A stretch of 64,000 nucleotides of DNA, taken from the IMG/VR virus record IMGVR_UViG_3300035422_000096, positions 1 through 64,000 of that record. The stretch is one strand, 5' to 3'. A program made the translations under genes and the position numbers. The notes beneath the pieces are model-generated. The model saw only the letters and a program-made list of their open reading frames with translations, was not told the DNA's origin and searched no databases. Positions 39,041 through 49,800 of this stretch are shown here, in pieces. The stretch is from a virus (lineage: Duplodnaviria > Caudoviricetes). The stretch's first letter is position 1. Each line of letters opens with the position of its first letter.

Positions 39041-40009
39041 TTAATCACCATCCTCATTAATCCAGTATTCTTTTTCTTTTTCCTTTTCTCCGAATATAAG
39101 ATTTCTAAGAGGTCTGAACATAAACCTTTCAATATATTCAACAATCCCAAAGAAATCATGATACTTCTTTTTATCTTGATAAAATTCCGCTGGACAATAT
39201 TTTTCAATATCCATTATCCATTTTCCAAAAGAGTCATTGCTTGTATCAGCATTTTCTACTTTTAATTCAGCAGCCTCAAACATTGCTTTATAAGAATTGG
39301 AGAGCGTACCTATATCTTTTCCTGCCTGAATATTGACTTGCATCTGATATTCAAGCAGACAAAGATTTTTCATCATTTTTTGCTTCTTAACATCTGGCTT
39401 TTCAGTACATAGTTTTAAAAGTTCATCATAATATCCTTGTAAAGTGGGATAAACTTTTGGTTCATATCCAGATCCCCAAAATTTAATCATTTTAGGAGTT
39501 AATTTATATTGATCAATATCTTCAATATCATCTAAATTTTCTATTGGCTTATCTGTTTCCTCAAACCTCTCTTTGAGTGTATCTAACCAAGACAATCCGA
39601 TCCACGGTTTAATTTGCACTTTGCTTGAATATGTATGAATCCGGCTCCTATGTTCACTGATTTTTCTGCTTGCTGCCAAAGGAGATTCATTAAAATACAA
39701 TCCATACATCATACAAATAAATTCAATAGCTTTTTCCTCAGAACCTTCAAAAAATGAAACCATTTCAGGATAAAATTTATCAGTACATTTTCTACAAACA
39801 GGGTAGTAGCCATAATGCTTAAATAGAGGAAAATTAGTTGGTGTAAAATTGGATTGCAGCTTAGTATATTCGTTACCGCAACACCAACATTTATAGGATT
39901 CTTTTTTAGGAGTTGTATCAACAGATACATTTTTCTTGGTATTTATTTTAGTGGACGCACTTACAGCTTTCTGCGTCTGTTCTAATTTGGTTCTTGCCAT
40001 AAACACCAT
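39041..40009 (-). CDS. Probable terminase small subunit / packaging protein (YonG-like)
   Basis: CWCC and CRKC; immediately upstream of terL. Confidence 0.55.
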   Translation of the reverse strand: MVFMARTKLEQTQKAVSASTKINTKKNVSVDTTPKKESYKCWCCGNEYTKLQSNFTPTNFPLFKHYGYYPVCRKCTDKFYPEMVSFFEGSEEKAIEFICMMYGLYFNESPLAASRKISEHRSRIHTYSSKVQIKPWIGLSWLDTLKERFEETDKPIENLDDIEDIDQYKLTPKMIKFWGSGYEPKVYPTLQGYYDELLKLCTEKPDVKKQKMMKNLCLLEYQMQVNIQAGKDIGTLSNSYKAMFEAAELKVENADTSNDSFGKWIMDIEKYCPAEFYQDKKKYHDFFGIVEYIERFMFRPLRNLIFGEKEKEKEYWINEDGD

Positions 40010-40183
40010 CCTTTCATTTTCAAAATTATTTATTCAATTAAAAAAGACAGCCTTGATGACTGTCTGAAAACACATAGAAAGAGTCGGACTTTCATTTTCG
40101 AGTGAGATCGAATGTCTTGCCGTTAGACGATATGAGTGAAATAAAATAGAGCCGATTATATTCGGCTCAAAAAATTATCATAA

Positions 40184-41296
40184 TTAATCATTTTTTTTTG
40201 TTTCATGTATGGTATTTCGCCCATTTATATATTGAAACGTAAATTCCTCTGTTTTTGTACTAATTTTATTATATTTTGGAGATATTGATAATTTTCGCAA
40301 TATACTAATTCCCTGTGCTTTTGTGTCAGAAGATACATTAATAGATCTGATTTTTGTTTCATCAAAAATATGATAACCTACAGGTTCATTAAATTTGTTC
40401 GCAGAATTAGTACACTCTGACAAAAAAGTTTTTAATTCACCAGAGGTATTTTCAATTAGTGTTCTTACTTCAGTGTAAGATTCGTCTGACAACACAATTT
40501 CTGAATCATTTAATTTTAATTGTCCTCTAACAAAATCAAAGTCAAAACTTGTACTATCGTTTACATCTAATTTTGTATCTGAAATTAAAGCCCTTTGCAT
40601 AATTGGTAGACGATTTGAACCACTAGATGTTGAAATCACAGTAGCAACTCTACAAACTAATTTTTGATTAAATAAAAATGTGTGTTTAAAATATAAACTG
40701 CATATTTCTCCAATATCTTTATTAACTAACACACAATAACAAGCTCCCATTGTTAATGAAATAATTAATTCTCCATAGTATTCTTTATATATAAAATTGT
40801 CATTGATATCTTTTTTCCCTGTTGATATACACATTTTTGCTTTGCAAAAATTATGATATTCTGAATCCTCGAATATAATAGTTCCTTCTAATAATGACGA
40901 TTCTGATGATATTGTAGAATACAGATATAGAAAAAAAGGTTCTTCTGTTATATAACCCTTAAAGGCATGGTGAGTAGTATTTCTAATTAAAATTTGGTCA
41001 TCAATATACCTTTTGTTTAATAATCCTGCATCAATTTGGTGCAAATTATCGGTAATGATTTCTTGATCGAAAGACAGTAAAACTTCTGGGTCAATTTTCA
41101 AAGAATTACATATTCTAAAAATATGCTGTAAGGTTAATTTTGTTTCTCCACTCATTATTTTAGAAAGAGTAGATTGATTAATATTACTTTCTCTGGATAA
41201 TTCTAATTGTTTAATTTCGTTTTTATCCATATATTCCTTTATTCGTTTCAATACAATATTGCAATATTCCAATTCTGACATATTTGCATAATTCAT
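40184..41296 (-). CDS. XRE-family HTH protein with long C-terminal domain of unknown function
   Basis: IKQLELSRESNINQSTLSKIMSG HTH; start MNYANM at 41296. Confidence 0.7.
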   Translation of the reverse strand: MNYANMSELEYCNIVLKRIKEYMDKNEIKQLELSRESNINQSTLSKIMSGETKLTLQHIFRICNSLKIDPEVLLSFDQEIITDNLHQIDAGLLNKRYIDDQILIRNTTHHAFKGYITEEPFFLYLYSTISSESSLLEGTIIFEDSEYHNFCKAKMCISTGKKDINDNFIYKEYYGELIISLTMGACYCVLVNKDIGEICSLYFKHTFLFNQKLVCRVATVISTSSGSNRLPIMQRALISDTKLDVNDSTSFDFDFVRGQLKLNDSEIVLSDESYTEVRTLIENTSGELKTFLSECTNSANKFNEPVGYHIFDETKIRSINVSSDTKAQGISILRKLSISPKYNKISTKTEEFTFQYINGRNTIHETKKND

Positions 41297-41573
41297 ATAA
41301 TTACCCTTTTCAAATTTTCTTTTTATTATTATATACCATATAAAAGAAAAAGTAAATATCAAAAATATTCTAAAATAGAATAACTTAAAATTAAAAATTA
41401 AAAATTAGAAAGAATATGAAATGCTATACAAAATTCTTGTTAAACAAATATTTTTCTAAAACATAAATATATTATATAAAGTGGTTGCAAAACAGAAGGA
41501 TATGCTGTATAATGCAATATATGGAAGAAAAACTAGATTTAACAAATACATACATTATAAGGGGAGATAGGTT

Positions 41574-42026
41574 ATGAATATATTGTTTCAAATTTACATA
41601 CCTGGTATCATTGCTTCATTAATTGCTGCATTTATTATATGGTTTATAAAATACATAATCACAAGAATACAGGAAAGGTCAGATTTTAATGGTGCATGGA
41701 AAATTCTTATATATGATAGCAATAATCAACTAATGAAAGAATATGTCACTGAAATTAAGCATAATAAGAAAACACATTGGATTTATGGTAGGGCTAAAAG
41801 AAAATTTCCTCAGAATGATACTTCTAAAAAATGGAAAGTATTAGGATTATTATTTGGTAAAGATATAATATGTTTAGTATGGTCAACGCAAAGCTTTGTA
41901 AGTTTAAATTGTAGTTACCTTCATCAAACAAAAAACGAAGGATATGAATACGAAGGTTTATGTTTGAAAAAAACTAATGATAAAATAGAAAAGTATAAAA
42001 CTACATTATCAAAAATAGAATTATGA
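41574..42026 (+). CDS. One-TM plus beta-rich protein (moron)
   Basis: TM segment IPGIIASLIAAFIIWFI, then FNGAWKI and alternating beta strands. Confidence 0.6.
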   Translation: MNILFQIYIPGIIASLIAAFIIWFIKYIITRIQERSDFNGAWKILIYDSNNQLMKEYVTEIKHNKKTHWIYGRAKRKFPQNDTSKKWKVLGLLFGKDIICLVWSTQSFVSLNCSYLHQTKNEGYEYEGLCLKKTNDKIEKYKTTLSKIEL

Positions 42027-42059
42027 TATCAAATAAATCAATTCATTTAAGTCAAGAGA

Positions 42060-42085
42060 GGGTAGTGGTTATACAACCACTACCC
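42060..42085. terminator. Hairpin between convergent genes
   Basis: gggtagtggtt-atac-aaccactaccc. Confidence 0.7.
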
Positions 42086-42097
42086 ATTACATTGAAA

Positions 42098-42766
42098 TCA
42101 ATAATCTTTAAACCCAATAACAATATAGTTTTCTTCCAATACCTTAATTTCGCATTTATCAAATCCTGAACCTTCATCTATAAAAATAATTTTTCCGTCA
42201 AATTTATTTGAACTCATCCAACCTTTTTTATATTGAACATACTCATTTGTAATGCCTAATTTTTCATCATTATTTTTAATGCCTTGAATTGAATTTATAT
42301 TCTTATAAACAACAATTCCATCATAGTTATGACATAATTTTGAAAGTGCATATGATTTTCCGGAATCTCTATGCAAATATCCATTAGAAGACAAAAAACT
42401 TTGCCCAGATGTAATGGCATCTTCAAACATAAAATACCATCTATTTTTGTCAATATCAGAAGATGTTGAGATATTCCACACCTTATGATTCTTAATATCT
42501 CCACAATGATTTTGTTCCCAAACAGCAACCTGTTTTTTACCATCTGTTTTATTTTCAGAATATTCTAAATGCCAGTCATATTCTTTAATAAGTGAGAGAG
42601 TATCTTTCAAAAGCCTAAGACAATCAATAGAACCTTTGATATTATTATCCTCTTGCAGTTTATGAAATTTCTGCTGTAATGACATAGTATCTTCTGTGAG
42701 TGTTTTGACGGTTTCATTAAAAATATTTTCTGTTTTATTCATGCATTTCCTCCAGTGGTAAGACAC
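42098..42766 (-). CDS. Hypothetical protein with a P-loop-like C-terminal half
   Basis: RDSGKSY and IIFIDE resemble Walker A and B. Confidence 0.5.
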   Translation of the reverse strand: MSYHWRKCMNKTENIFNETVKTLTEDTMSLQQKFHKLQEDNNIKGSIDCLRLLKDTLSLIKEYDWHLEYSENKTDGKKQVAVWEQNHCGDIKNHKVWNISTSSDIDKNRWYFMFEDAITSGQSFLSSNGYLHRDSGKSYALSKLCHNYDGIVVYKNINSIQGIKNNDEKLGITNEYVQYKKGWMSSNKFDGKIIFIDEGSGFDKCEIKVLEENYIVIGFKDY

Positions 42767-42915
42767 AACCTATTAAATATTTATGTACTTTTGTACATAA
42801 GAAAAGACTTATGAGATTTGATCATCATAAGTCCTAAAATATATTAAAAGTAATATGAATCATTATTTTAGAAATAAGCAGTCCTTTAAACTTATATATG
42901 TCTATTCGTTATAAA

Positions 42916-44124
42916 TCATCCACTAGGATTTAATGGATTTATAATAACAGGCGTAGGATTCACCTCTACCCCATATCCTGTATAGGCATTTGGGAATATC
43001 TTTCGCATAATTTGTAAACTTCCATTTACATCTGCATTTATTAGCATATTTTGAGATTTAAATAATCCTCGTGTAATTCGTCTGGATTTATCGTAATTTT
43101 TCTTGATTGGATCTTCATTATCTAAATAACTTGTTCCAGAAGTGTAAGATTCATTTACTTCAATATAGTTTATACCGATATTTTCTGATTTATATTTTAG
43201 TTGTTCTCTAAACATATTAAATGGGATTTTCATAAAATATGTCATATGATTTGCTTGTTTCCAATATTTATTTCTTCCAACAATTATAGTGTCAATATTA
43301 TTTTCCATACACCATTTTATAATATAAGCAGTAGATTTATGGATGTAATCTTTAACCCTAAAATGTCTTTTGTCATTAAGTGATTCAATTTTATGGCTCC
43401 ACGTTCTACCATTTCTACTTTGTAAATCATTCATAGTCTTGTGATATTTTTTAAGATATTGGTTATTGATAGATTTTAAAATTTTACCATTTATAATAAA
43501 TGGTGAGATACCAATATTATTAGATACAGTAGCCAAGTTGTCTACTCCGAGATCAATTGAAATAATTCTTGATGAATTCTGATTTAAATCATCCAATTCA
43601 ATCTCATATACAATTTCCATACTGTAATATGTTTTATGATATACAAAACGCACTTGAATCAATCTACCAAGACATTTAGATTTCCATTCATAATCATTTA
43701 GTAGTCGATTTCTTATATAAACAGCATTATTGTCATATAAATATAAAACTTGATTATTTGGAAACATCCAAGGAATCCTTACATCATTATCTAATATTGA
43801 TGGCAATTGAGGCTTGCCTCTATATTTGTATGGATATTTCTCATAGTCCTGAACCAATCTAAAATATGATTTCCAATTTTTATCCAATAATCTCATCACA
43901 CAGTTTGCAGGTTGACTAAAACAATTTTTATATGAAGTGTATGTTTTAAACATATAATTCATATCTTTGTATTTTATATATTCGCCTGTATTTTTATAAT
44001 GCTCCAATAAAACGGAATTTGCTTCGTTATATAAAATTCTTGTATTAATACACATTTCATCAATTACTTTAAATTTAGGATGTGATTTTTTGATTATTAT
44101 TTGTTCAATTCTTTGTACTTTCAA
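42916..44124 (-). mobile_element. tnpB: TnpB (IS200/IS605-family RNA-guided nuclease), no adjacent tnpA
   Basis: RuvC-I SIDLGVDNL; IIVGRNKYWKQ in place of the canonical RuvC-II Glu with a downstream NESYTS Glu; RuvC-III NADVNG; no CxxC zinc finger. Confidence 0.85.
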
Positions 44125-44140
44125 TAATTCTCCTTAAACA

Positions 44141-44173
44141 GAAAAAAGAGTCTGGTAAAATTACCAAACTCTT
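44141..44173 (-). terminator. Intrinsic terminator between the tail fibre and tnpB
   Basis: Minus strand: aagagtttggtaa-tt-ttaccagactctttttt. Confidence 0.7.
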
Positions 44174-44227
44174 AATTTATATTTGTGATTTAAAAGGCAA
44201 TAGAATGCTTATTCTATATATCCAATA

Positions 44228-46246
44228 TTATCCAATCTTCATGAAATAAGTAGGTTCAGCTTTAATACAAGTCAATACAGCATTTCCAGTTTCATTTAGA
44301 AATCCATCATGTAAGTCTGGAACGGCAAAAGTGGAAACGCCATCCCCTCCAAAGTGGTTAGATGAACCAAACTGTGCTTCAAAATGCTCTGCTAAATATG
44401 GATATTCATCAATTTCGTATATAGATCCATCACAAATCAAATGATGTACAGGAGCATTTACCCCCATATAATTAATTAAATTCCCTACTGGAGTATCCTC
44501 CAAAGAGTTTTCCTTTTCTGAATATCCCAAAGGGTCTATTATTATTGGTCGTCCAATCTCTTTTACTGATAAAGAAGCTTGGTTTATACGTATTATTGTA
44601 TTGCTGTTATTATCTATAGATTTAATCCATATTGTATCATTGGCTTCTGGTGTGTAAATACATGAAATAGAACATGGATTATTCCAAGTATCTGGATAAT
44701 TGCCCGCTAATAAAACAAGCGAACTAGAAACCCTATTGTTTTTCTTGTCGCTAAATACTGCAATGGACAAATCTGAAACTATACTTGTTTTTGCATAAAT
44801 ATGAAGAACAATTTCATAAGTTTTTCCAGCCTTCAATGGAATTTTTTCATTTATCATTTGTATATTGCCATCAAACAATGTATTAAACGGAATCTTTTGC
44901 CCATAGGAAATGTTACAATCAATGCAAGGGGAAAAAGAGTTATTGATAATATATTCTCCATATTCTAATTCTGTATTGACAAATTTTTCGTAACGTTTGA
45001 TAGAAGAAAGCTGTTCCTCAATAGAAACAATTTTTTCGCTTTCAGAATTTACATATAACCCATCCTCTTTTTTCGTAACAGCATTGTTTTCTTCTACACT
45101 TATGGAAATATTATTGTCAATATATTTTTCCTGTTCTAATTTTTCAATTACTTTATTTGTAACTTCATTAATGTCAATATTGTTGCTTTGTTGACTATTT
45201 CCTTTATCAAAATAATTATTATACTTTATACAATATGAAACTGCCGTATTAGTTGGTCGTGTCATATATGCGGTTTCTGCTTTAGCGACAGAAAAATTAC
45301 TAGCAGGAGAATATAAATTAATGGTAGCTGATGTTTGTATATTCCCATCTTTATTTTGTGGCATAAAATCTTCTGGATTTGTAGTTTGATTGTTGTAATA
45401 AGAAGCAAGGTACTTGTTATTTGAATCAATTCCAGAAAAAGGTATTTGTGTAGGATTCTGATGTACACCAACTGCTGCACCTCTACCTGTATTTCTAGTA
45501 GCTGTACCACTACCACGTAAGAATTCACCTCTTAAATCAGGTACAGCAAATGTTGTAACTCCATCTCCGCCAAAAAAGTTCATAGAATCAAATTGCTTTA
45601 AGAAGTGTTTGGCGAGTTCTGGATAAGAATCAATATCATAAACAGTACCATCACAAATCAGATAATTATTTGGACAATCTTTCCCCATATAAGATATAAT
45701 TGTACCTATTGGTATATTAGAAAAATTTCTACTATCTTCTAATTGTTCATTATTTTCTAGTTTGAAGAGACGTGATTCTATATCTGCAAACCAATTTTTT
45801 AAAGGTGGTTCTATATCTAAAAAATCTAAGGAATTTTCAACCTTAATAGTAAATGGGATGGTTTTTAATGCGTAATTTTGTTCTGCTTCTGTTCCTAAAA
45901 AAACGATAGCAGCAGTAACAGTTCCGCTTTTATATGTAACTGAATCAGATAATATCCATGAAAATCTTAAAAAATCATTGTTATATTGAGTATTCACTGA
46001 ATCTTCTGTAAATGTGCCTATTTCGTTCTTAACTATAAATTTAATATTTTTAGTAAGTAAATCTACATTGTCATAATATCTCTTTATTTCAAATGTAATA
46101 ATATTTGAATATGTATCACCACATACAATTTTACCGATGTTTTTTATTTCTGGTACTTTTTCTGTGATTTTAACAATCTGGTGTTCATCAACCATAGAAG
46201 ATTTTATGATATGACCTTCTAAGTCTACAAATGTTCTATTATCCAT
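44228..46246 (-). CDS. Tail fibre/receptor-binding protein: BppU-like N-terminus plus two phage tail-collar domains
   Basis: Two PxG.II.Y.G...LICDG...FGGDGV.TFAVPDL repeats; RBS gaaggaggt before MDNRTF. Confidence 0.75.
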   Translation of the reverse strand: MDNRTFVDLEGHIIKSSMVDEHQIVKITEKVPEIKNIGKIVCGDTYSNIITFEIKRYYDNVDLLTKNIKFIVKNEIGTFTEDSVNTQYNNDFLRFSWILSDSVTYKSGTVTAAIVFLGTEAEQNYALKTIPFTIKVENSLDFLDIEPPLKNWFADIESRLFKLENNEQLEDSRNFSNIPIGTIISYMGKDCPNNYLICDGTVYDIDSYPELAKHFLKQFDSMNFFGGDGVTTFAVPDLRGEFLRGSGTATRNTGRGAAVGVHQNPTQIPFSGIDSNNKYLASYYNNQTTNPEDFMPQNKDGNIQTSATINLYSPASNFSVAKAETAYMTRPTNTAVSYCIKYNNYFDKGNSQQSNNIDINEVTNKVIEKLEQEKYIDNNISISVEENNAVTKKEDGLYVNSESEKIVSIEEQLSSIKRYEKFVNTELEYGEYIINNSFSPCIDCNISYGQKIPFNTLFDGNIQMINEKIPLKAGKTYEIVLHIYAKTSIVSDLSIAVFSDKKNNRVSSSLVLLAGNYPDTWNNPCSISCIYTPEANDTIWIKSIDNNSNTIIRINQASLSVKEIGRPIIIDPLGYSEKENSLEDTPVGNLINYMGVNAPVHHLICDGSIYEIDEYPYLAEHFEAQFGSSNHFGGDGVSTFAVPDLHDGFLNETGNAVLTCIKAEPTYFMKIG

Positions 46247-46318
46247 TTTGTAACCTCCTTCTTGTATTTTCGATTTATTTAGCAAACCGACCTAACATAG
46301 AAGTCGGTAAATATATAA

Positions 46319-46405
46319 CGGGAAGAGTAGGATTTGAACCTACGGTACATTTCTGTACACCAATTTAGCAAACTGGCACAATAAACCGAACTCTGACATC
46401 TTCCC
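46319..46405 (-). tRNA. tRNA-Ser(GCT)
   Basis: Acceptor GGGAAGA/UCUUCCC, anticodon loop UUGCUAA, long variable arm, T-loop UUCAAAU; CCA not encoded. Confidence 0.9.
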
Positions 46406-46562
46406 AAGAGAATAGGAGAGTAGTGATTAACTCTCCATAATATAGACAATTATTCATTTGAATCAGAATCAAAAATCATATCTAAATTATAATCTTCAAT
46501 GACAACAGGAATAATCTGCTTTCTATTATATGTATCAAGAAGGCTAATGTGATGTAGAATAT

Positions 46563-48221
46563 TTAAGATACTTCGTTTAATTTTATATAATCCTCATAAT
46601 ACATCCATTTTAGTCTTTCGCCTGTTATTGGGTGTTTTCCAGAAGTCTTACTTTCACCCCTACAACAAGCAGATAAAGATGATTTACTAACACCACACCA
46701 TTTTGAAGCTGAAGATGTATCAAATACTTCTAAGGTATTTAGACATATTAGTTGCTTAGATAATTTTGTCCATCTTTTATTGAGCCGTTGAATAATATAA
46801 CAATCAATATCTATTTTATTTTTAATCAATTTGTTATAATCTTCTTTATACATCCATATTAAGTAATTACCAAATTCATCTATACCGCCTGTCATATAAT
46901 TATTCTTACAACAACCACAAATTAGATTTATATTTATACCCGTTAATTTAGAAGCATCAGAAATTGAACTATAAAGTTTTTTATTATTTAAACATACAAC
47001 TTCTTTTTCAATAGTGGAATATCTTTCTTCAACCGGGTTATAATCACATAATCCAATTTGAGAACCAAATTTCAAATAGTTATATATGGTAAATCTATTT
47101 ATTTTAGTTATTTTTGAAATTTCTGGTAATATCTTTGTCTTATGCATGTAAACATCACATACTTCTTTAATTTTACTTGAACATGCATTTTTATTTATTT
47201 TATAACTGTTTAAACTATCAAAATCCATCATCTCTGATAACTTGCTGTTTTTTAAAGAATTTAATATATAGGTGTATTCACTACGACAACAATTTATTCT
47301 AATTATTTCACATCCATTTTCTGAAGCAAGTTTATCTTTTAATCTGTCAATTTCTTGTCGCTGTTCTAATGTATATTCATAATCCCTATTTGTTTTTTTA
47401 TAATGAAATCCACCATCCATCTCTATAATATATTTTTTATTATTATGTACAAAATAAAAATCATATTCTGGATGATAGGGATTATTATTGTAATAAAAAA
47501 ATTGATTTTCAAAAGAAAAATGATATGTATATGGAATGTTGAAATGTGTTAGTATGGCATTCATTAGTTTCTCTGGGTAACTGAATCCATCATTACAAAA
47601 AGGACAGTATACAATATTATAAGTACTTACATTATAAATACTTTTCCCATGAACAACAGAACCACAACATTGACACAACCAAGATGTTTTATGTTTTGAC
47701 GAAGGCCAATACTTATAACCTTCATTTTTATCATATAGCATCTGTGCGATGTCGGGACGCTTACTCCATAAATCATTGACACCTACCATTAATATACGGT
47801 TACAACAGACAGGACATTTGGAATTATTTTTTAACATTATTTCTGTGATTTCATAACAGTAATTATCTTTTACACATTTTACTTTATATCTTTTTTCATA
47901 TGTGCCATTCTTTTTAGGACTTTTAATTTGCTCTAATATAATTCTTTCATTTATAATATCACCAACACAATATCGAAAACCATAATGTGTGGTATCAATT
48001 ATTTTTCCAATTTGCCCATTCAATAATGCACCTTTTGTTAAAACATATTTTTTATCATTATATTCAACTTTAATATAATTTTTATTTATAGTTTCTAAAT
48101 ATGTTAATGTATAAATGATATTATCATATTTAACTCGAAAATTTACATTTATTGATTTCTGCCAATCTATCCTATTATATTTTAAAACAAAGTCTTCTTT
48201 AAATAATTTCTTTTGAATCAT
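46563..48221 (-). CDS. Free-standing putative homing endonuclease (zinc ribbons, DUF559/Vsr-like nuclease, two NUMOD1-like HTH repeats)
   Basis: CPVC, CQCC, CPFC; SYPEK...YDFY...IIEMDGGFHY; VVCLNN..LYSSISDAS and ICLNTLEVF repeats. Confidence 0.7.
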   Translation of the reverse strand: MIQKKLFKEDFVLKYNRIDWQKSINVNFRVKYDNIIYTLTYLETINKNYIKVEYNDKKYVLTKGALLNGQIGKIIDTTHYGFRYCVGDIINERIILEQIKSPKKNGTYEKRYKVKCVKDNYCYEITEIMLKNNSKCPVCCNRILMVGVNDLWSKRPDIAQMLYDKNEGYKYWPSSKHKTSWLCQCCGSVVHGKSIYNVSTYNIVYCPFCNDGFSYPEKLMNAILTHFNIPYTYHFSFENQFFYYNNNPYHPEYDFYFVHNNKKYIIEMDGGFHYKKTNRDYEYTLEQRQEIDRLKDKLASENGCEIIRINCCRSEYTYILNSLKNSKLSEMMDFDSLNSYKINKNACSSKIKEVCDVYMHKTKILPEISKITKINRFTIYNYLKFGSQIGLCDYNPVEERYSTIEKEVVCLNNKKLYSSISDASKLTGININLICGCCKNNYMTGGIDEFGNYLIWMYKEDYNKLIKNKIDIDCYIIQRLNKRWTKLSKQLICLNTLEVFDTSSASKWCGVSKSSLSACCRGESKTSGKHPITGERLKWMYYEDYIKLNEVS

Positions 48222-48448
48222 TTTTCGCTACTCCTTAATTCATTTACTTATTTATTCTCTGTTTGAATAATAATCAACTAATAATTCAAACAGTCTTTTT
48301 TCCTTTTTGAATTTCCAAGTTGTTATTCCATTAATATCAGTTTTTGCAAATAGAAAAGAGATGCCATTATCAATCAGATAAAACATCTCTTTTCTATCTT
48401 GAGTGCCGTATTCTCTATCAATTTTTTTCAAAATACAATATTACTCCT

Positions 48449-48754
48449 TTATTCGATTTTATCCAAATCCCAAAGTAAATCTACACCATACTCCTTTACA
48501 TCCACAAACTTTAATTGAGATAAGTTATATGTTTTTAAAAGTTCAACACATTTTTTCTCATATTCAACTGGGTCAGACTCCTCAAAAATTACACTTGAAT
48601 ATGTACCAAGTCCAATTTCTGTATAAACATTTTTAATTTCATGAGTATCTGGGTCTTCAACTTCTTCGGTTCTTGTTTCAGTATCTTCTTTTTTTATCTT
48701 TAAAAAATTCCATTTTTGTTTATCCTTTTCATCTTGAATTAACACACTTAACAT
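48449..48754 (-). CDS. Hypothetical protein
   Basis: 101-aa ORF with gaggag RBS. Confidence 0.55.
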   Translation of the reverse strand: MLSVLIQDEKDKQKWNFLKIKKEDTETRTEEVEDPDTHEIKNVYTEIGLGTYSSVIFEESDPVEYEKKCVELLKTYNLSQLKFVDVKEYGVDLLWDLDKIE

Positions 48755-48770
48755 ATATCATACATCTCCT

Positions 48771-49220
48771 CTAAATTACAGTTTCAACAGTGCCTTCAAT
48801 ATTAGCAGCATTTTGTTTTCTTGCCTCGTCTACAAGTTCTTGGATTTTTGATTCGACTTTATCCACCCAGATAAGAGCTTTTGCTTTACTTAAAATTTCT
48901 ATATTTGGAATAGCGGTTGTTAATTCTTTAATAGACATTTTATTACTGTCTAATTCCAGAACAAGATTAAGATTTTCATCAACAACAAAAGATTTATCTA
49001 CAAGTTTAAGTGTTACTGTTTCTCCATCAGGATCGTCATCGGATACAATTTCTGGCATACTATTTGTTACTTTAATATTTGCAGAAAAATCAATATCACC
49101 ATATTTAAGTGTCTTAGTGTAATCATGCAATGCTTCTTTTGTCTCATCGGCAATTTCTACACATACAATGCTTGCTGTTATCACATCATGTTCAGTATCA
49201 ATACTCCTTGCTAATTTCAT
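48771..49220 (-). CDS. Hypothetical protein
   Basis: 149-aa ORF with aaggag RBS. Confidence 0.6.
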   Translation of the reverse strand: MKLARSIDTEHDVITASIVCVEIADETKEALHDYTKTLKYGDIDFSANIKVTNSMPEIVSDDDPDGETVTLKLVDKSFVVDENLNLVLELDSNKMSIKELTTAIPNIEILSKAKALIWVDKVESKIQELVDEARKQNAANIEGTVETVI

Positions 49221-49233
49221 ATTTTTCTCCTTT

Positions 49234-49503
49234 TTATTTTAATGAATTATGTAATTTGTTAAGACCAATAATAAAGTTTCTTAGAGTTTCTTTATTAATT
49301 GCACATTGTAATTGTGGGATATCTGCTAGGACTGTATCACGGACTACTAAATTCATTACATTTAATTTTTCATCTACCATCATTTCGGCTTTTGTTTGAT
49401 CGCCAAGCAGTATCTCTATGGATTGGACAGTTTGTCCAGAATCTTTGGTTATCATACGTACTTGGCCTGGCTCTAACTGAAAATTATCCAAATTTAGCTG
49501 CAT
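49234..49503 (-). CDS. Hypothetical protein
   Basis: 89-aa ORF with aaggtaggtga RBS. Confidence 0.55.
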   Translation of the reverse strand: MQLNLDNFQLEPGQVRMITKDSGQTVQSIEILLGDQTKAEMMVDEKLNVMNLVVRDTVLADIPQLQCAINKETLRNFIIGLNKLHNSLK

Positions 49504-49544
49504 TAATTCACCTACCTTCTTTATATATTTCCAATTTTATACAG

Positions 49545-49626
49545 TGGGTAAGAGAGGACTCGAACCTCTGGTGTTTCTTTGTGGGGCATTTACAGTACCT
49601 TGCATTCGCCACTATGCTACTTACCC
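49545..49626 (-). tRNA. tRNA-Tyr(GTA)
   Basis: Acceptor GGGUAAG/CUUACCC, anticodon loop CUGUAAA, long variable arm, T arm AGAGG-UUCGAGU-CCUCU; A.C mismatch at the top of the anticodon stem. Confidence 0.85.
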
Positions 49627-49800
49627 ATGAAAAATAGGAGAGTATAGAAAACTCTCCTGATATGTTCTGTCTTTTCAGAATGTCGGATCAGAACATCAAT
49701 CATTCGATATAAAAATTATCATTAACGCAGATGTCACGAACCTCTCAACACTTTCCTTGGCAGTTGTCAGCCTATTATAGTTTTGATTGTTACTATTTAA

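Noticed and set aside
44124-44228. Possible group I intron upstream of tnpB (IStron)
   Set aside because: Only ~100 nt, containing a terminator; no P4/P7 core motifs
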